DNA of 64,000 nucleotides from an uncultured Prevotella sp. (GTDB lineage Bacteria; Bacteroidota; Bacteroidia; Bacteroidales; Bacteroidaceae), in assembly GCA_900539625.1 (NCBI GenBank), contig UQCW01000002.1, positions 74,455-138,454 on the forward strand. Reading direction: 5' to 3'. Made by a program: the position numbers and the translations under genes. A model generated the notes under the pieces. The model saw only the letters and a list, made by a program, of their open reading frames with translations. It made no database searches and was not told where the DNA came from. Positions 18,081 through 29,096 of the stretch are shown in pieces (positions within the stretch are counted from its first letter, which is position 1; each line of letters opens with the position of its first letter).

Positions 18081-19811
18081 TTATCTGCGGAACGTAGCCT
18101 TTGCCACATTCTCTTCTTCCGCGTTTTCCTCTTGTAACTGATAGTCTGGCAACTCACAAAGCGTGTTATACACGTCCTCGATATTGTCTGCAAGTGACAG
18201 ACTGTGGTCATAACTGAGAATATGTTCCACCGCCAATCCTGCATTGGTTACTGTCCCGACCTCAAAACTGTCGTGCTCACGGTCGTATTGCAGATGCAGC
18301 ACATCGCCATTTGGCATTTCAAAGACTGGAGCTTTGCGCTTTGACAAATCAGAAAAGTCTTCGGCAATCATTGACTTGCCTACTTCTTCTACATCCTTTG
18401 ATGCCTCAGAAGGCAATCCGTATCGAGTAATACTGTCACGAACTTCTTCCTCTGTCACCTTGCGCATCACCTCATAGGTGCCGCCAACACTACCATTATA
18501 TACCACTGCGTAATGGGCGTCGTCTACCAAGACATCGTCACCACGGTTCTGCACGGCACTTTTATAGGTATGTTCCAAGTCTATGGCGTCGCCTTGGTCA
18601 TATTCCTTTGCCTCTTGCAGCAGACGGTCATAGTCACCTATATCTTTCAAACTATCCAATACACTTGTGTCATCGGTACTCTGCAGATAGGCAACAGAAG
18701 CGTAATATGGTGTAACAGTCTTATTATCTGCAACTTTCTGGTCTGCTTCTTTTACAACATCCTCCGTTTGTGGTTCTTCCAGTTCGAGCGACATCTTATC
18801 AATATGTTGATTGATGATTGATGTCGCTTTCTTCACATCAAGCAGCGTGGTCTTGATGAATTGTGGAGACTCCTTCAGACTTTCCAACCACGACTTCAAA
18901 TAAGCCGCACTGTCTTCCTTGATATGCTTTGCCATTCCATATCTTTGAGCGACAAGCGCACTGCCTAATTCAGCCACCAATTCCTCGCGTGCATACTCAG
19001 ATGAACCGAATGTTGTAGGTTTGAAACGGTCGAGTACTGTCTCATGTCCAGTCGAGTGTGCCATCTCATGAAACAAGGTTCCATAGAACGATTCTCCATC
19101 CACAAACTGTTGCTTCTCCGGCACTACAATCATATTCTTACTGATTGAGAAATATGCATTGTCTCCATATTGTGGTTTGATGGGACAAATCCAACGGTTG
19201 TCCTTTATCATTGCATCGATAGGAGCGAATGAGAATTGTTCACCTTGTTCCTGCGCCGGTTTTACATACTCTGTTTCCAACTTTGCCCACATCTCGGGAC
19301 GAGCTTCCTGCAAGTTGGTCTGCTGTACATTGAAAACTCTATAGACTTGTAGTTTCGGATATACATTGTACTGCTTCCGCATTTCTTCCGACAGTTGACG
19401 GTAGTCATCATATTTGATGCGTTCCTTGGTGTCCTTGTCCACGCAGGTAAAGGTGGTTATAAAAACAGGAAATGATCTCTCACCCTTCAACACAGACACA
19501 CGTGGCAATGCCTCTCCGTTGGCATCCTTTTTCTCCGTATTGTTCAACCGCTGCACACAGTCGAATGTACAGAAACGGGGTATCTTCCAACCTTGTTTCT
19601 CGCACTGAAGGAGCAGTACAAAGGCGTTCATACCGTTATAATCTCTACCATTAAGGTTCTTCGGCCATTGCAGTGCACCATCTGTAAACCAAGGCTTTTT
19701 CCAGTCTTTGTCAATGCTTTGGATTTTTTCGATCATCATCTCAGCAAACAGGTCCAAAGCTTTTTCCTCACTGCTCGGACCATCACTGGTTGGTTTGTTG
19801 TATCTTGCCAT
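18081..19811 (-). CDS. ardC: ArdC-like antirestriction protein (DUF1738 ssDNA-binding N-domain + zincin metallopeptidase)
   Basis: N-terminal ArdC-N pattern (…WKKPWF…NGMNAFVLLL…) and HEMAHSTGH zinc-binding motif. The ORF-track start 19820 is a TTG; ATG at 19811 (MARYNKP…) was chosen. Confidence 0.7.
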   Translation of the reverse strand: MARYNKPTSDGPSSEEKALDLFAEMMIEKIQSIDKDWKKPWFTDGALQWPKNLNGRDYNGMNAFVLLLQCEKQGWKIPRFCTFDCVQRLNNTEKKDANGEALPRVSVLKGERSFPVFITTFTCVDKDTKERIKYDDYRQLSEEMRKQYNVYPKLQVYRVFNVQQTNLQEARPEMWAKLETEYVKPAQEQGEQFSFAPIDAMIKDNRWICPIKPQYGDNAYFSISKNMIVVPEKQQFVDGESFYGTLFHEMAHSTGHETVLDRFKPTTFGSSEYAREELVAELGSALVAQRYGMAKHIKEDSAAYLKSWLESLKESPQFIKTTLLDVKKATSIINQHIDKMSLELEEPQTEDVVKEADQKVADNKTVTPYYASVAYLQSTDDTSVLDSLKDIGDYDRLLQEAKEYDQGDAIDLEHTYKSAVQNRGDDVLVDDAHYAVVYNGSVGGTYEVMRKVTEEEVRDSITRYGLPSEASKDVEEVGKSMIAEDFSDLSKRKAPVFEMPNGDVLHLQYDREHDSFEVGTVTNAGLAVEHILSYDHSLSLADNIEDVYNTLCELPDYQLQEENAEEENVAKATFRR

Positions 19812-19816
19812 AAGCG

Positions 19817-20428
19817 TCAAGCATTAGGGTTATACGGCTGGGGTACGTATTCCGCCAATTCGTCCACTTTACATGAGAATGTTAGTCGGTCGTTATAGAG
19901 TGACAACTCCAGTTCGCCCTTAGCTGTTATTCGGCATCCTGGTACTAACCACGCCTCACGCTCCTTATTGAAACGGACAAGTCGTACCCAGATATATTCA
20001 AAACCATTTTCTGCTTTAGTCGCTGAATAAGCTGAAAACATTTGGTACGGCTCACCCTTCTTGCTCTTTTTCTCGTCGATGGTTTTACCTATCTTTCCAC
20101 GGAACTCCAACTGTCCTACAATACTGTCTTCCTTTACTGTTGTATCGTTATGGATAGCTGTCGCATTCATGTTGTAATACATGTTCTCACCATGTTTCCT
20201 GGGGATAAGCACACCGACTGCTTCTATGCGCTGTCCCGTCACGATATTGCCCACTTCCGTCAGTGTTCCATCCTTCAACACGCTAACTTCAATTGTTTTA
20301 TTGATTCCGTTCTTGGCAGGGATGACCACTGCAACACTAAATGTTACGAACGGCTTCCCTTCTTTATTCGTGCGACATGTGGCAACTTTGCTCACCACAC
20401 CGCAAATAGTTACATTACATTTCATCAT
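19817..20428 (-). CDS. OB-fold, SSB-like protein
   Basis: The N-terminus MMKCNVTICGVVSKVATCRTNKEGKPFVTFSVAV resembles SSB OB-folds. It sits 5 nt upstream of ardC. Confidence 0.45.
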   Translation of the reverse strand: MMKCNVTICGVVSKVATCRTNKEGKPFVTFSVAVVIPAKNGINKTIEVSVLKDGTLTEVGNIVTGQRIEAVGVLIPRKHGENMYYNMNATAIHNDTTVKEDSIVGQLEFRGKIGKTIDEKKSKKGEPYQMFSAYSATKAENGFEYIWVRLVRFNKEREAWLVPGCRITAKGELELSLYNDRLTFSCKVDELAEYVPQPYNPNA

Positions 20429-20472
20429 AGTCTTTTACTTTTTAAAAAGTTATCTCAATCATCACACTTCAT

Positions 20473-22041
20473 TTATCTGTGCATGCTTTCGTTGCGTCCT
20501 TGCTGTTCCTGCATTCCTTGCTCAAAATTTTGCGAAGCCTGTTGACTGATGACAATGCTGTTTACCATTCCTGCTACTCGCAACCGTTTGGTATCTTCGC
20601 TCAATCCTTGGTCGTTCAAGGTGGCGGACAGTCTGCTCAATTCTGCTGATGTCAGTTCACGGCTTACTTTGACATTGCCATTGTCTGCCGTCAGTATCGC
20701 ACGACCATTGTCACCAATACTCAGACTGCACATTTTCATGCCTGATACCAGTGAAGTCAAATCTACAGACCATTCACTGACTGATTGACTGATAGCTGCC
20801 TTTTGTTCCTCGGCTTCTTTGTTATCTATTTTCACAGCCAATATCATCAACGATGAGAAAGCTGTCATTGCCATTTCCAATATAGGGTCACTGCCAACTG
20901 GTAATCCTACACCGCTATCTTCAGACGACAGCAACTTCTTCATCCATGCATCAGGTGACATGCTTTCTGTATTGCTTGGCACATCGGTTTTGTATTTTGC
21001 CAACAGGTCATTGCCATTATACAAGGCTTGCTGTTTGATGTTGCCTTTTTGTGCGATTTCTGCTAGATAACTGGATGGATCCACGTCCCGACTTGTCCCG
21101 TCTGCTGCAATTGTTTTTACTCCAAAATGCAGATGCTCTCCTGTGGTTCTTGTTCCAGTATTGCCTGTTACACCTATCTTTTGTCCAGCTGACACGGCAT
21201 CGCCCACTTTTACATTTACCTCCGACAAATGCATATAGGTAGTTTGCATCTTGCTGCCGTCCTCACGATTGTATTCCACCGTGATACTTTTTCCTCCTGC
21301 TGTATTCACATTCTGGTTGACGGCTACCACCTTACCGTCATTCTCGGTTGCTAATACGGCATCATGCTTACAACGGATGTCTATGCCTTTATGCATTTGC
21401 TGCTTGCTCTTGTCCATCGGATCTTGACGCATACCGAACGGAGAAGTGATGAATAGATAGGTTTCACGGAGCAAAGGGAATGAATACTTGCCATTTGGTC
21501 GTTTGTCTTGTACTCGTTCTTCGCTTGTTGCTTGTCTTGGATTGTTCTCCACTCCGAATGACTTCCCTTGCGCCTTCATCTCGCTCATCACTTGCTGGTC
21601 ATACTTCTGTAGCCCATTCCGCTCGATGATGTCCTGCAAATGTGCCGCATATCCCATACCTGATGCGTACCCGGCTTTGGCTATCCCTTTAGTCCAACCC
21701 TTATAGTCATCTGGTGACAGCTGAAAGCACTTGGCATAACGCTGATTATTAGCGAGGAACTTGGAATGATGCTCGTAGCTGTCTGCCACAGAACTGTATT
21801 TGCAAAACTTTTCATTGGGCTTATCATCCGTATATACCAGATATTCACCTCCGTTCTTCAACCACGAAGCTGTTGCTTTGATGCCAAAGTGATTATTTCC
21901 TAATCGAGACAGTTCACTCTCTCCATTACTGCTTTCCAGCATGCCTTGCGCTAAGGTAACGGAGGCAGGAATGCCATAACGCTTCATCTGCTCCATAGCC
22001 GCCTCTGCATATTTGTCGGCGTATGATTGGTTCTTGCTCAT
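20473..22041 (-). CDS. Bifunctional cell-wall hydrolase: N-acetylglucosaminidase (FlgJ/lysozyme-like) + M23 peptidase
   Basis: N-terminal glucosaminidase pattern (…GIPASVTLAQGMLESSNGES…NNHFGIK…). The M23 motifs are HKGIDIR (HxxxD) and HLHFGV (HxH). Confidence 0.7.
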   Translation of the reverse strand: MSKNQSYADKYAEAAMEQMKRYGIPASVTLAQGMLESSNGESELSRLGNNHFGIKATASWLKNGGEYLVYTDDKPNEKFCKYSSVADSYEHHSKFLANNQRYAKCFQLSPDDYKGWTKGIAKAGYASGMGYAAHLQDIIERNGLQKYDQQVMSEMKAQGKSFGVENNPRQATSEERVQDKRPNGKYSFPLLRETYLFITSPFGMRQDPMDKSKQQMHKGIDIRCKHDAVLATENDGKVVAVNQNVNTAGGKSITVEYNREDGSKMQTTYMHLSEVNVKVGDAVSAGQKIGVTGNTGTRTTGEHLHFGVKTIAADGTSRDVDPSSYLAEIAQKGNIKQQALYNGNDLLAKYKTDVPSNTESMSPDAWMKKLLSSEDSGVGLPVGSDPILEMAMTAFSSLMILAVKIDNKEAEEQKAAISQSVSEWSVDLTSLVSGMKMCSLSIGDNGRAILTADNGNVKVSRELTSAELSRLSATLNDQGLSEDTKRLRVAGMVNSIVISQQASQNFEQGMQEQQGRNESMHR

Positions 22042-22082
22042 TGTTCTTACTACTTTTTGTTATCCTTTTACTGTACTTAAAC

Positions 22083-24479
22083 CTACCGCTTCATACCTCT
22101 CGATGGTTCTACCAACTCTTTCACTTCCTCCTGCTTGTGCCGTTTGGGCTCTTCCAACATATCGCAGATGGCTACTCGTTGTCCTTCCCGTATCAGTTTA
22201 GGCAGGTAGGTGTCAAGGGCATGGTATGGAAATCCTGCCATTTCTTTGATATTGCCGTTTGCTCGTCTGGTCAGCGTGATACCTAATATCTCAGACCCTT
22301 TGCGTGCATCTTGATTGTACATCTCATAGAAATCACCAATGCGGAACAACAATAATGCATCTGGGTGCTTGGCTTTCAAGTCATCCCATTGCTTTTTTAT
22401 GCCAGATGCATTCTGCTCTTTCTTGCCTTGGGTTTCTTGTGCTTTCTTTTCCTCAGTTGCTTTTTCCTCCTTGACCTTCTCCTCGGATTTGTCTTGTTTG
22501 TCTTCTTCCTCGTGATATTCCCGGTGTTCCTCTTCATGCTTCTCTGTGGTTCCTTGCTGTTCCTGCTTCACCTCGGTCTCCACTTCCTGTTTCTCCGATG
22601 ATGTCTGTTCTTGTTTTTCTCCTGCTTTCAGCACGTCAGCAAACAGGGTTGCTGCCAAATGGGTTTTATAGCTGTTTCTGTCTTCTGCTACCCATAACCG
22701 CTGCCATTGCTGTGGGGTAATGCATCTGGGTTTCATCTTCTCTCCGTCGATGGTTGCTGAACAAAGAATGCCGTTTTCTTTGGTCTTGAACACGCACACA
22801 CGTTCTATGCGGTTCATATCAATGTCCTGGTCATTGCTTCCGAACAAGTCCACTTTCAAGTCAGGTTGTACGGCTGCACGATGGTGATACTTGTTTGCCA
22901 ACTCCATCTTTACTGCTTCAAAATTGTCCATCGACTGCTTCAGTGTACTAAAGAACTGGTTGATGTCTGCCTTGTCTGGATATATACTATATCCGTTCTG
23001 TCCCTCGGGCTTGATATACAATGCCCAACGGTTTTTGTCGTCTTGTATCATCTGTACTTGACTGAACCCAACATCCTTGGCTCGCTCTACAGCAGGACTG
23101 GCATCTAATGTGGATAGATGTTCTAACGACCAATTTTTCAGTCGGGCGATGTCCACTTGCTTGTCCGCAAAGTAACTGTCATCGGGGCGATACCCCAATA
23201 CTCCGTCAGAATTGTAGAAGCGTACGGTTTCGATGCCTTCACGTTCCAATGCTTTCTGGATGCGCTGCTTGCTCATGCCCTGTATCTCATTGTTTACTTC
23301 TAATGAGGCTCCTGACGGCATAACCACGTCGGCTGTCTTTCTCTCCTTGTCGATGACCAATACGATGGTCTTGTTGTCTTTGTCGGGATGCTGTTTGATT
23401 TCATCCGCTATGAGATAGTGTTTAGGCAACTGGTCCATCAGTTCTTTGGTCTCTCGCTGATTTCGCATGGTGGAGTATTCTATCTTTTCTCCTTGCTCTG
23501 CCTTGCGCATAACTAAAAGGGCATTGTTTACATCACTCTCTACAGCATCTATCAGGCAGGGATTTTCCTTCAACTCACGAACCCAGTAATCTGTCAGATG
23601 CAAGCCTTCTTCTGACAATCGCGCTGGCAGTCCCAACTCCAACATTTTCACTCCTGAAGCTAATTCTGCCACCAATCGTTCTCTTTTTATGGCATCCTCC
23701 GATGGGGCTGTACCATTTTTCATCACCATGCCTTCACGTGCCAACCGCTGCTGATGTCCTGTGGCAGAGACAATCTGGCGCAATGTTTCTTGCACATAGT
23801 CATTGTAATGTTCAAAGTCTTTTTGGCGTGGCATATACACTGCATCCTTTTCCGTGTCATAATGTGCGACGCCGCTGCCGTCCGTACGTATGGGTACCAG
23901 ATTGTCACGCATTTTCAATAGGAAGTCATTGAAACGAACATGCATGGCTCGCTCATCTCTTTCTCCCTGACCTCGCTCCTCAGCTGTGCCATAATCTGCC
24001 AACAGCTTTTTGTATTCTTTCTCATTGGCAAATGGCATTGTGGTCTGGTCAATGCAAAACAGTGTGCGTATCTCTCGATTGTGTACACCTTTATATTGCT
24101 TCTGCTGTTCTACATCCAATGCCTGATAGTCGTTTCGACTGATAATATCCTTTGGATTGTTACGATTGACGTATTGGTTCCAATTATAGAAAAGGAACGG
24201 TACTCCTCGTTCATGCTCCCTTACCGCCACTCCTTGTCTTTTTGCCTCACTGAAAGGCATAAAAAGGTTGGTCTTGCTACCAGACTTGTCCGAATGCAAT
24301 GACATGATCAATGCATTGAACGGACTTACTGTCAATCCCTTGGGATAGAAACTAGGATAGGTCTTACCCGATGCGTTCAACCAATATCCGTTTGCTGAAG
24401 GCGCACTGCCCAATGCAGTAGAGAGTAATTCCACTTGTCTCTCTGCTGCCGTTTTTTCTGCCAGACTCTTGTCTTTCAT
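22083..24479 (-). CDS. ArdC-N (DUF1738)-like domain protein with acidic linker and C-terminal MutS domain I (mismatch-binding)-like domain
   Basis: The N-terminus (…[21 protein letters not shown]…) resembles ArdC-N. A ~90-aa E/K/Q-rich low-complexity segment follows. The C-terminal [31 protein letters not shown]…[27 protein letters not shown] closely matches the MutS N-terminal domain I. Confidence 0.55.
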   Translation of the reverse strand: MKDKSLAEKTAAERQVELLSTALGSAPSANGYWLNASGKTYPSFYPKGLTVSPFNALIMSLHSDKSGSKTNLFMPFSEAKRQGVAVREHERGVPFLFYNWNQYVNRNNPKDIISRNDYQALDVEQQKQYKGVHNREIRTLFCIDQTTMPFANEKEYKKLLADYGTAEERGQGERDERAMHVRFNDFLLKMRDNLVPIRTDGSGVAHYDTEKDAVYMPRQKDFEHYNDYVQETLRQIVSATGHQQRLAREGMVMKNGTAPSEDAIKRERLVAELASGVKMLELGLPARLSEEGLHLTDYWVRELKENPCLIDAVESDVNNALLVMRKAEQGEKIEYSTMRNQRETKELMDQLPKHYLIADEIKQHPDKDNKTIVLVIDKERKTADVVMPSGASLEVNNEIQGMSKQRIQKALEREGIETVRFYNSDGVLGYRPDDSYFADKQVDIARLKNWSLEHLSTLDASPAVERAKDVGFSQVQMIQDDKNRWALYIKPEGQNGYSIYPDKADINQFFSTLKQSMDNFEAVKMELANKYHHRAAVQPDLKVDLFGSNDQDIDMNRIERVCVFKTKENGILCSATIDGEKMKPRCITPQQWQRLWVAEDRNSYKTHLAATLFADVLKAGEKQEQTSSEKQEVETEVKQEQQGTTEKHEEEHREYHEEEDKQDKSEEKVKEEKATEEKKAQETQGKKEQNASGIKKQWDDLKAKHPDALLLFRIGDFYEMYNQDARKGSEILGITLTRRANGNIKEMAGFPYHALDTYLPKLIREGQRVAICDMLEEPKRHKQEEVKELVEPSRGMKR

Positions 24480-24499
24480 ATTGTGCTTTTATTATATTC

Positions 24500-26326
24500 T
24501 TATTGTATTCCTCTTGATCTGCTAACTGTCTCACGCTCCTCACGACCATTCTCATACTGCTGCATGGCCACAGATTGCATCTGCTCATTTTTTGCAAGTA
24601 TCGCATTGGCAAGGGTATTCAACGGCAACGCCCCTGCCTGATATGCATCCACCACGGTTTGTGGCAATTGAATGGTACAGGGCACCCGGTTGATATGTAC
24701 AATCAAACAACTGCCTTTTAACACTGGATTGCTTAAACGTGGATTCAATGGCTCGTCTGCATATTGCCTGTATGCGACTTGTCGATAGCTTGCTGCATAT
24801 CTATCTGGCACTACGCCTTCATTGGCTTTCCTCTCCAATGCTTCATGTCCGGCTTTATTTATCAGATTGGCTCCTCCCATACCTATCAATAACATTTTAA
24901 GTATCGGATTCTTCACGAACATTCCGGCCACAATACTTGCCAATGGTATCATGCTGTTGTCCATGTTCAAGGACTTTGTCTTGCCAGTAAGCAATCCTAC
25001 TAACATATCTGGCAACATGGCGAGCACATATCCAAGGTTATGGGTGATGTCGCCGAAACCGTCTAACCCGAAATTTGCCAACAGTCCTTCCCAACCGTTT
25101 TCATTGGCTTGCTGCAACTGATTGGCTTGATCTTCATCTGCTGATGCGTCAACAGATTGTGCTTCTCCAGAACTGTCAGTTCCTTGTTCTCTTTCCGTAC
25201 TTTTGCGCTCTGCCTCTTTTTGTTTTGCCGCTTCTTGCTGAGCTTTTTCCTTCAGATAGTCATCTTCCTTTCCTGGTGCTACAATCAACGGAACGTCCTT
25301 GTATTTTGGATCCTTACGTATGTCTTTGGGCTTCAGAAAGTCCGTATTGGGTGTAAACACCGGGAATGGGGATTTGTTATTGCTGTTTGTTGTCCATGTC
25401 ACAGGCTTGTATTTTTTTGTTGGTAACTTGATTTTATGTGATAACTGTCCGTTAAGCGTTTGCAGGAAACCTCCAGATTCTTCAAGTTCATTGGCATGTT
25501 TGCGAAAGCCGTTGAAGACATTGCCGTTACTGCCAAAGATTCCTTTGCTGATGCTTAGCTCCATTACCTGCTCCTTGCGTTGCTCCGTACTGCCAACGGT
25601 TTTGTCTAAGGCATATCCTAATGCTACATCGCAGCCAACGAACTTGGCGAAGGTTGTCCAACCATTAAAAGCTCCCATCGATACGGCATCTACCGCAGAA
25701 CCTGCCACTCGTCCCGTAACTTTCTCTGTGTTACTTGGCTTATAGGCTTTCTCGCTTCTTGCCTCAATCTCTTTGGTTAATGTGGACTTCATCAATTCCT
25801 CAGTAAATCCCCAGATACTTTGCTTGGCTGCCTTTCGCATGATGTATTCCATCGATGATTTGGGGATGTCATCCACAACCAATTTGTTGATCATCAGGTC
25901 TTCCATCCGCTGACCGATATAGGCATATGCCAAATCGCATCCTATTTGTTTGGATAGTGCATCGTATTTTGTACGTCCGATTTGTTCCACCACGGCTTTA
26001 CGCCATTCTGCTGACAACAATGCGAAGTCACGCTGCATCGCTTTGTCGTTTTGCATTTTCTCATTGCACATCTTGAGATAGTCCTCGGTGGTCTTGCTGT
26101 TCCACTCGCCAGCTGTGCGCACTGCTTGCCAACCCATGTCTATCAACATAGGATTGGATGATGCCATGATACCTGCCGGACTACGCTGGTAGTCTGCCAG
26201 TTCCTTGACTTGCTTGTCGTTCAATGTCTTTCTGACTTGTTTCATTACAGACAAGACACTGCCTTCAAAGTAATGTTGCAGACTATATTCTATCTCCGCA
26301 AATCGTTTGCTGTTCTTTATGCTCAT
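24500..26326 (-). CDS. Hypothetical protein with C-terminal membrane segments
   Basis: 608-aa ORF with hydrophobic helices near the C-terminus. No recognisable motif. Confidence 0.45.
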   Translation of the reverse strand: MSIKNSKRFAEIEYSLQHYFEGSVLSVMKQVRKTLNDKQVKELADYQRSPAGIMASSNPMLIDMGWQAVRTAGEWNSKTTEDYLKMCNEKMQNDKAMQRDFALLSAEWRKAVVEQIGRTKYDALSKQIGCDLAYAYIGQRMEDLMINKLVVDDIPKSSMEYIMRKAAKQSIWGFTEELMKSTLTKEIEARSEKAYKPSNTEKVTGRVAGSAVDAVSMGAFNGWTTFAKFVGCDVALGYALDKTVGSTEQRKEQVMELSISKGIFGSNGNVFNGFRKHANELEESGGFLQTLNGQLSHKIKLPTKKYKPVTWTTNSNNKSPFPVFTPNTDFLKPKDIRKDPKYKDVPLIVAPGKEDDYLKEKAQQEAAKQKEAERKSTEREQGTDSSGEAQSVDASADEDQANQLQQANENGWEGLLANFGLDGFGDITHNLGYVLAMLPDMLVGLLTGKTKSLNMDNSMIPLASIVAGMFVKNPILKMLLIGMGGANLINKAGHEALERKANEGVVPDRYAASYRQVAYRQYADEPLNPRLSNPVLKGSCLIVHINRVPCTIQLPQTVVDAYQAGALPLNTLANAILAKNEQMQSVAMQQYENGREERETVSRSRGIQ

Positions 26327-26337
26327 TGCTTTGTTAC

Positions 26338-26613
26338 TTACAGGGTTTGGTTCAACAGTTGCTCTTTGGTCTGCTCTATCGCATGATGGTATACTTCCAT
26401 CTGCTTTGGGAAATATTCAGTTAGCCACTCGTCTTTCTCTATGCGGTCAAGAATAAACAGAATGGCTTGCTGACGTTCTATCTCCACTGAACTCTCTCCG
26501 TTCTCATGATTGTTGAACCAGGCTTTGGTCCACCATCTTACTCCTGCGCGGTCGGGGTATACGCTGACTATTCTCGGTATGTCGAAGCTCTGAATGTCCA
26601 CTTCCAAATTCAT
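26338..26613 (-). CDS. Hypothetical protein
   Basis: 91-aa ORF in the same orientation as, and immediately downstream of, the 24500..26326 gene (12-bp gap). Confidence 0.35.
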   Translation of the reverse strand: MNLEVDIQSFDIPRIVSVYPDRAGVRWWTKAWFNNHENGESSVEIERQQAILFILDRIEKDEWLTEYFPKQMEVYHHAIEQTKEQLLNQTL

Positions 26614-26639
26614 TAATGGATCGACGACTCCACTACTGC

Positions 26640-27470
26640 TCAGGAGGTCGCTGTGGACTTTTTTTTTAATGCTTCATTCAATGTGGATAGGAACACATTG
26701 TGGCGCAACGCCAAATAGTCAAGAAAATCCCCAATTAGGAGATTCTGTACCTTACATGCCAATGGTACGCTTCTCTGACTGATACCCAACGGATTGCTCA
26801 TGCTTGGCATAACCTCAAAGAAGTAGCGTTTCATGGCTCCCAACGAGAAAATATTACGTAGCGATTGTTCCCGATGGGGCGACAATGCATATTGTCCATG
26901 CCGTAGGTCATCCATGTATAAAGGCAGATAACGCAGCATCAATGACTCGATTTCTTCTCTGTCGTTGTCATATTGTGTGGCGATATTCATGTCAAAATCG
27001 TCAATGTCTATCGCCCCGATCCTTCCTTGATGTTTCAATGCTTTAATATTGCCATAAAGCATGGTCATGAATTCCAACGGATTCAGCTCCTCTCCGTCGA
27101 ATTTTACACTGATATGCAATCGGTCGCTGCTCAGGCTTACTGCTTGTCCTGCTACTACTGGCTCTCCGAAGTTGGCATACACATTGGCAAGATGTCCGTA
27201 GATCACCTCGTATTTACCATATCGTATCGTTTGGTATATGCCGTGTATGCTGTCACTGCCAACTCCCGATACGGTGCCACTTGCCACTGCGGACAGAGGA
27301 TAATGGTTGACCATAAAGTCCAGTCCGTGATGAAAGAACTTTTCTCCTGTAGATGGATGTGTCTGTTCTCCATATCCCAATGTCATTGCCACTTCTTTAC
27401 CAGGCTGCTCCTCAAACGGCATACAATATCCGCTCTTGGACTGTAATATCATTTCTTCTGTATATTGCAT
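26640..27470 (-). CDS. M23-like peptidase domain protein
   Basis: HHGLDF (HxGxD) and LHISVKFDG…LNPLEF (HxH-block-like). An A9 tract lies 27 nt before the stop. Confidence 0.45.
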   Translation of the reverse strand: MQYTEEMILQSKSGYCMPFEEQPGKEVAMTLGYGEQTHPSTGEKFFHHGLDFMVNHYPLSAVASGTVSGVGSDSIHGIYQTIRYGKYEVIYGHLANVYANFGEPVVAGQAVSLSSDRLHISVKFDGEELNPLEFMTMLYGNIKALKHQGRIGAIDIDDFDMNIATQYDNDREEIESLMLRYLPLYMDDLRHGQYALSPHREQSLRNIFSLGAMKRYFFEVMPSMSNPLGISQRSVPLACKVQNLLIGDFLDYLALRHNVFLSTLNEALKKKSTATS

Positions 27471-27480
27471 ACTTTTTCTG

Positions 27481-28146
27481 TTATCTTCTCATTCCTCTTA
27501 CTTGTGCATCTTCGGCAGTAGCTACTGCTGCACTACGCCTTTCTCCTGCGCTGTCACTTCCCATCATCTGATTGAGGTTGGCATTATTGCCCACCAGCAT
27601 CATGCCGAGCATGGTTCCTGCTATTTTACCCAACCATCCGAAACGACCAAAGATGAGATAAGCTGCTGCCACCAGTCCCGCCAGACTCAATCCCGACACT
27701 TTGCCTTTGCCGAGGTTACTGAAGAAACTGCCGAACATATCCAGTCCGTTTCCATTGAAGATATTGCGGAAGAACTTGCTCATGCCGCTCCACTTGCTGT
27801 TGATGTCGCCCATGGCATTGTTCATGCTGTCTACCGCTTCTCCTGCCTTGTCTTTCAATTCCTTTACATCGCTGGCTGTTCCTGCAATGGCGTCGGTTGC
27901 TTCTTCTCCGATAACGGCATCGCTTACAATGCGTGTCACACTCTTGTCTGTGGTGAGTTTTTCCCAACCGACATATCCTACAGCTCCTCCTACTGTAGCT
28001 GTCTTTACCGCTTTGCCAGCGTGGTTCAGGGTTTGTGACGGATGAATCACAGAATTGCCTATAGACTTTGCAGAGGCTTTCGCTCCAGTCTTTGCGGCTC
28101 CCAATGCCTTACCACCTACTGTTAATAGTTTACTCCAAAATGACAT
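27481..28146 (-). CDS. Gly/Ala-rich hypothetical membrane-associated protein
   Basis: 221 aa with a GxxxG-rich, hydrophobic C-terminal half. Confidence 0.45.
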   Translation of the reverse strand: MSFWSKLLTVGGKALGAAKTGAKASAKSIGNSVIHPSQTLNHAGKAVKTATVGGAVGYVGWEKLTTDKSVTRIVSDAVIGEEATDAIAGTASDVKELKDKAGEAVDSMNNAMGDINSKWSGMSKFFRNIFNGNGLDMFGSFFSNLGKGKVSGLSLAGLVAAAYLIFGRFGWLGKIAGTMLGMMLVGNNANLNQMMGSDSAGERRSAAVATAEDAQVRGMRR

Positions 28147-28299
28147 ATTCTATCGTTTTTTGTTATTTCATTATTTATTTGACCTCATATCTGCCTTATC
28201 CGACCTACTATTAATAGCCTTACAATTCCCTATGAAACTACTATGCCTACCTTCATCCTCAACTTAGAAAGGCTTAAAGATGCTTATCTCTGCTTATTG

Positions 28300-28992
28300 C
28301 TAAGGCATCACGTTTCGTCCGGCTTGTTCCCATCTTCTTTTTGCAGCATTCACGATTTCTTGTTTGTTGGCTTTTTGTGGCTTTGATCCTTCGTCTATCT
28401 CCAACCATATATCACCCATACTTGTGTACTTCACAGCTTTTGTCAGTCGTTGCAGTTTCTTGTTCATCACTTTCAATTTCGGACGAATTCCAAACACTAC
28501 TTCCATACGTTCTTTCTCTGTCATCTTATTCTTTGACAGACATACTGTTCGTATGTCATTTACGATTTCTACGCTGTTCAGTATCAACTCACGATAGATC
28601 TTATTGCGCTTGGTGGATAACGCTACGGCCAATCCATTACTCGGATGGGTATCCAGTTGTTTGATTAATCCACCCATGTTATTTGTGAGCTGCGTCACCT
28701 CATGATAGAATCCGTATACCTGCGCTGCATAACATACAATCGAACGAAACGAGTCAAGGTAGTTGTTGAACTCTCGATGCAAGTCTGTAGTTGCCTTCAC
28801 TTCTTCCTTTGTCCAGATATGACCAGTGGTCATCATCAACATCACTTGTTCTTGGTTCTTCAACTGTTTCTCTGCCTTGTTGGTGTACATCAGTATCATT
28901 CCCGTCAACGTCGGGTCTGACTGGGCATAGGTTTTGGCAATGCTCAGTAGCATCACTATCACCATTGCTCCTATATATTTTACAACTCCCAT
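28300..28992 (-). CDS. Secreted hypothetical protein (paralog A)
   Basis: Signal peptide; helical. The C-terminal block AAKRRWEQAGRNV is shared with the next ORF. Confidence 0.45.
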   Translation of the reverse strand: MGVVKYIGAMVIVMLLSIAKTYAQSDPTLTGMILMYTNKAEKQLKNQEQVMLMMTTGHIWTKEEVKATTDLHREFNNYLDSFRSIVCYAAQVYGFYHEVTQLTNNMGGLIKQLDTHPSNGLAVALSTKRNKIYRELILNSVEIVNDIRTVCLSKNKMTEKERMEVVFGIRPKLKVMNKKLQRLTKAVKYTSMGDIWLEIDEGSKPQKANKQEIVNAAKRRWEQAGRNVMP

Positions 28993-29096
28993 TTATTCCA
29001 TTGCTCTTTTGTACAACATTGTATTTGTCCTAATCAACCTATAGCTTAGTTGCTTAGGAAATGGTCCAATAAGACTTATTCCTTATAATAGGAGTC

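Noticed and set aside
22083-24479. Full-length MutS mismatch-repair protein
   Set aside because: Only the ~70-aa domain I-like segment is present. There is no Walker A/B ABC ATPase and no clamp or lever domains, so this is not a MutS or MutS2 ortholog.
27436-28038. 200-aa Cys/His-rich plus-strand ORF, and also 27716..27967 minus (R/H-rich)
   Set aside because: Both overlap the Gly-rich gene in other frames. The GC-rich Gly/Ala codons create spurious long ORFs on the complementary frames.
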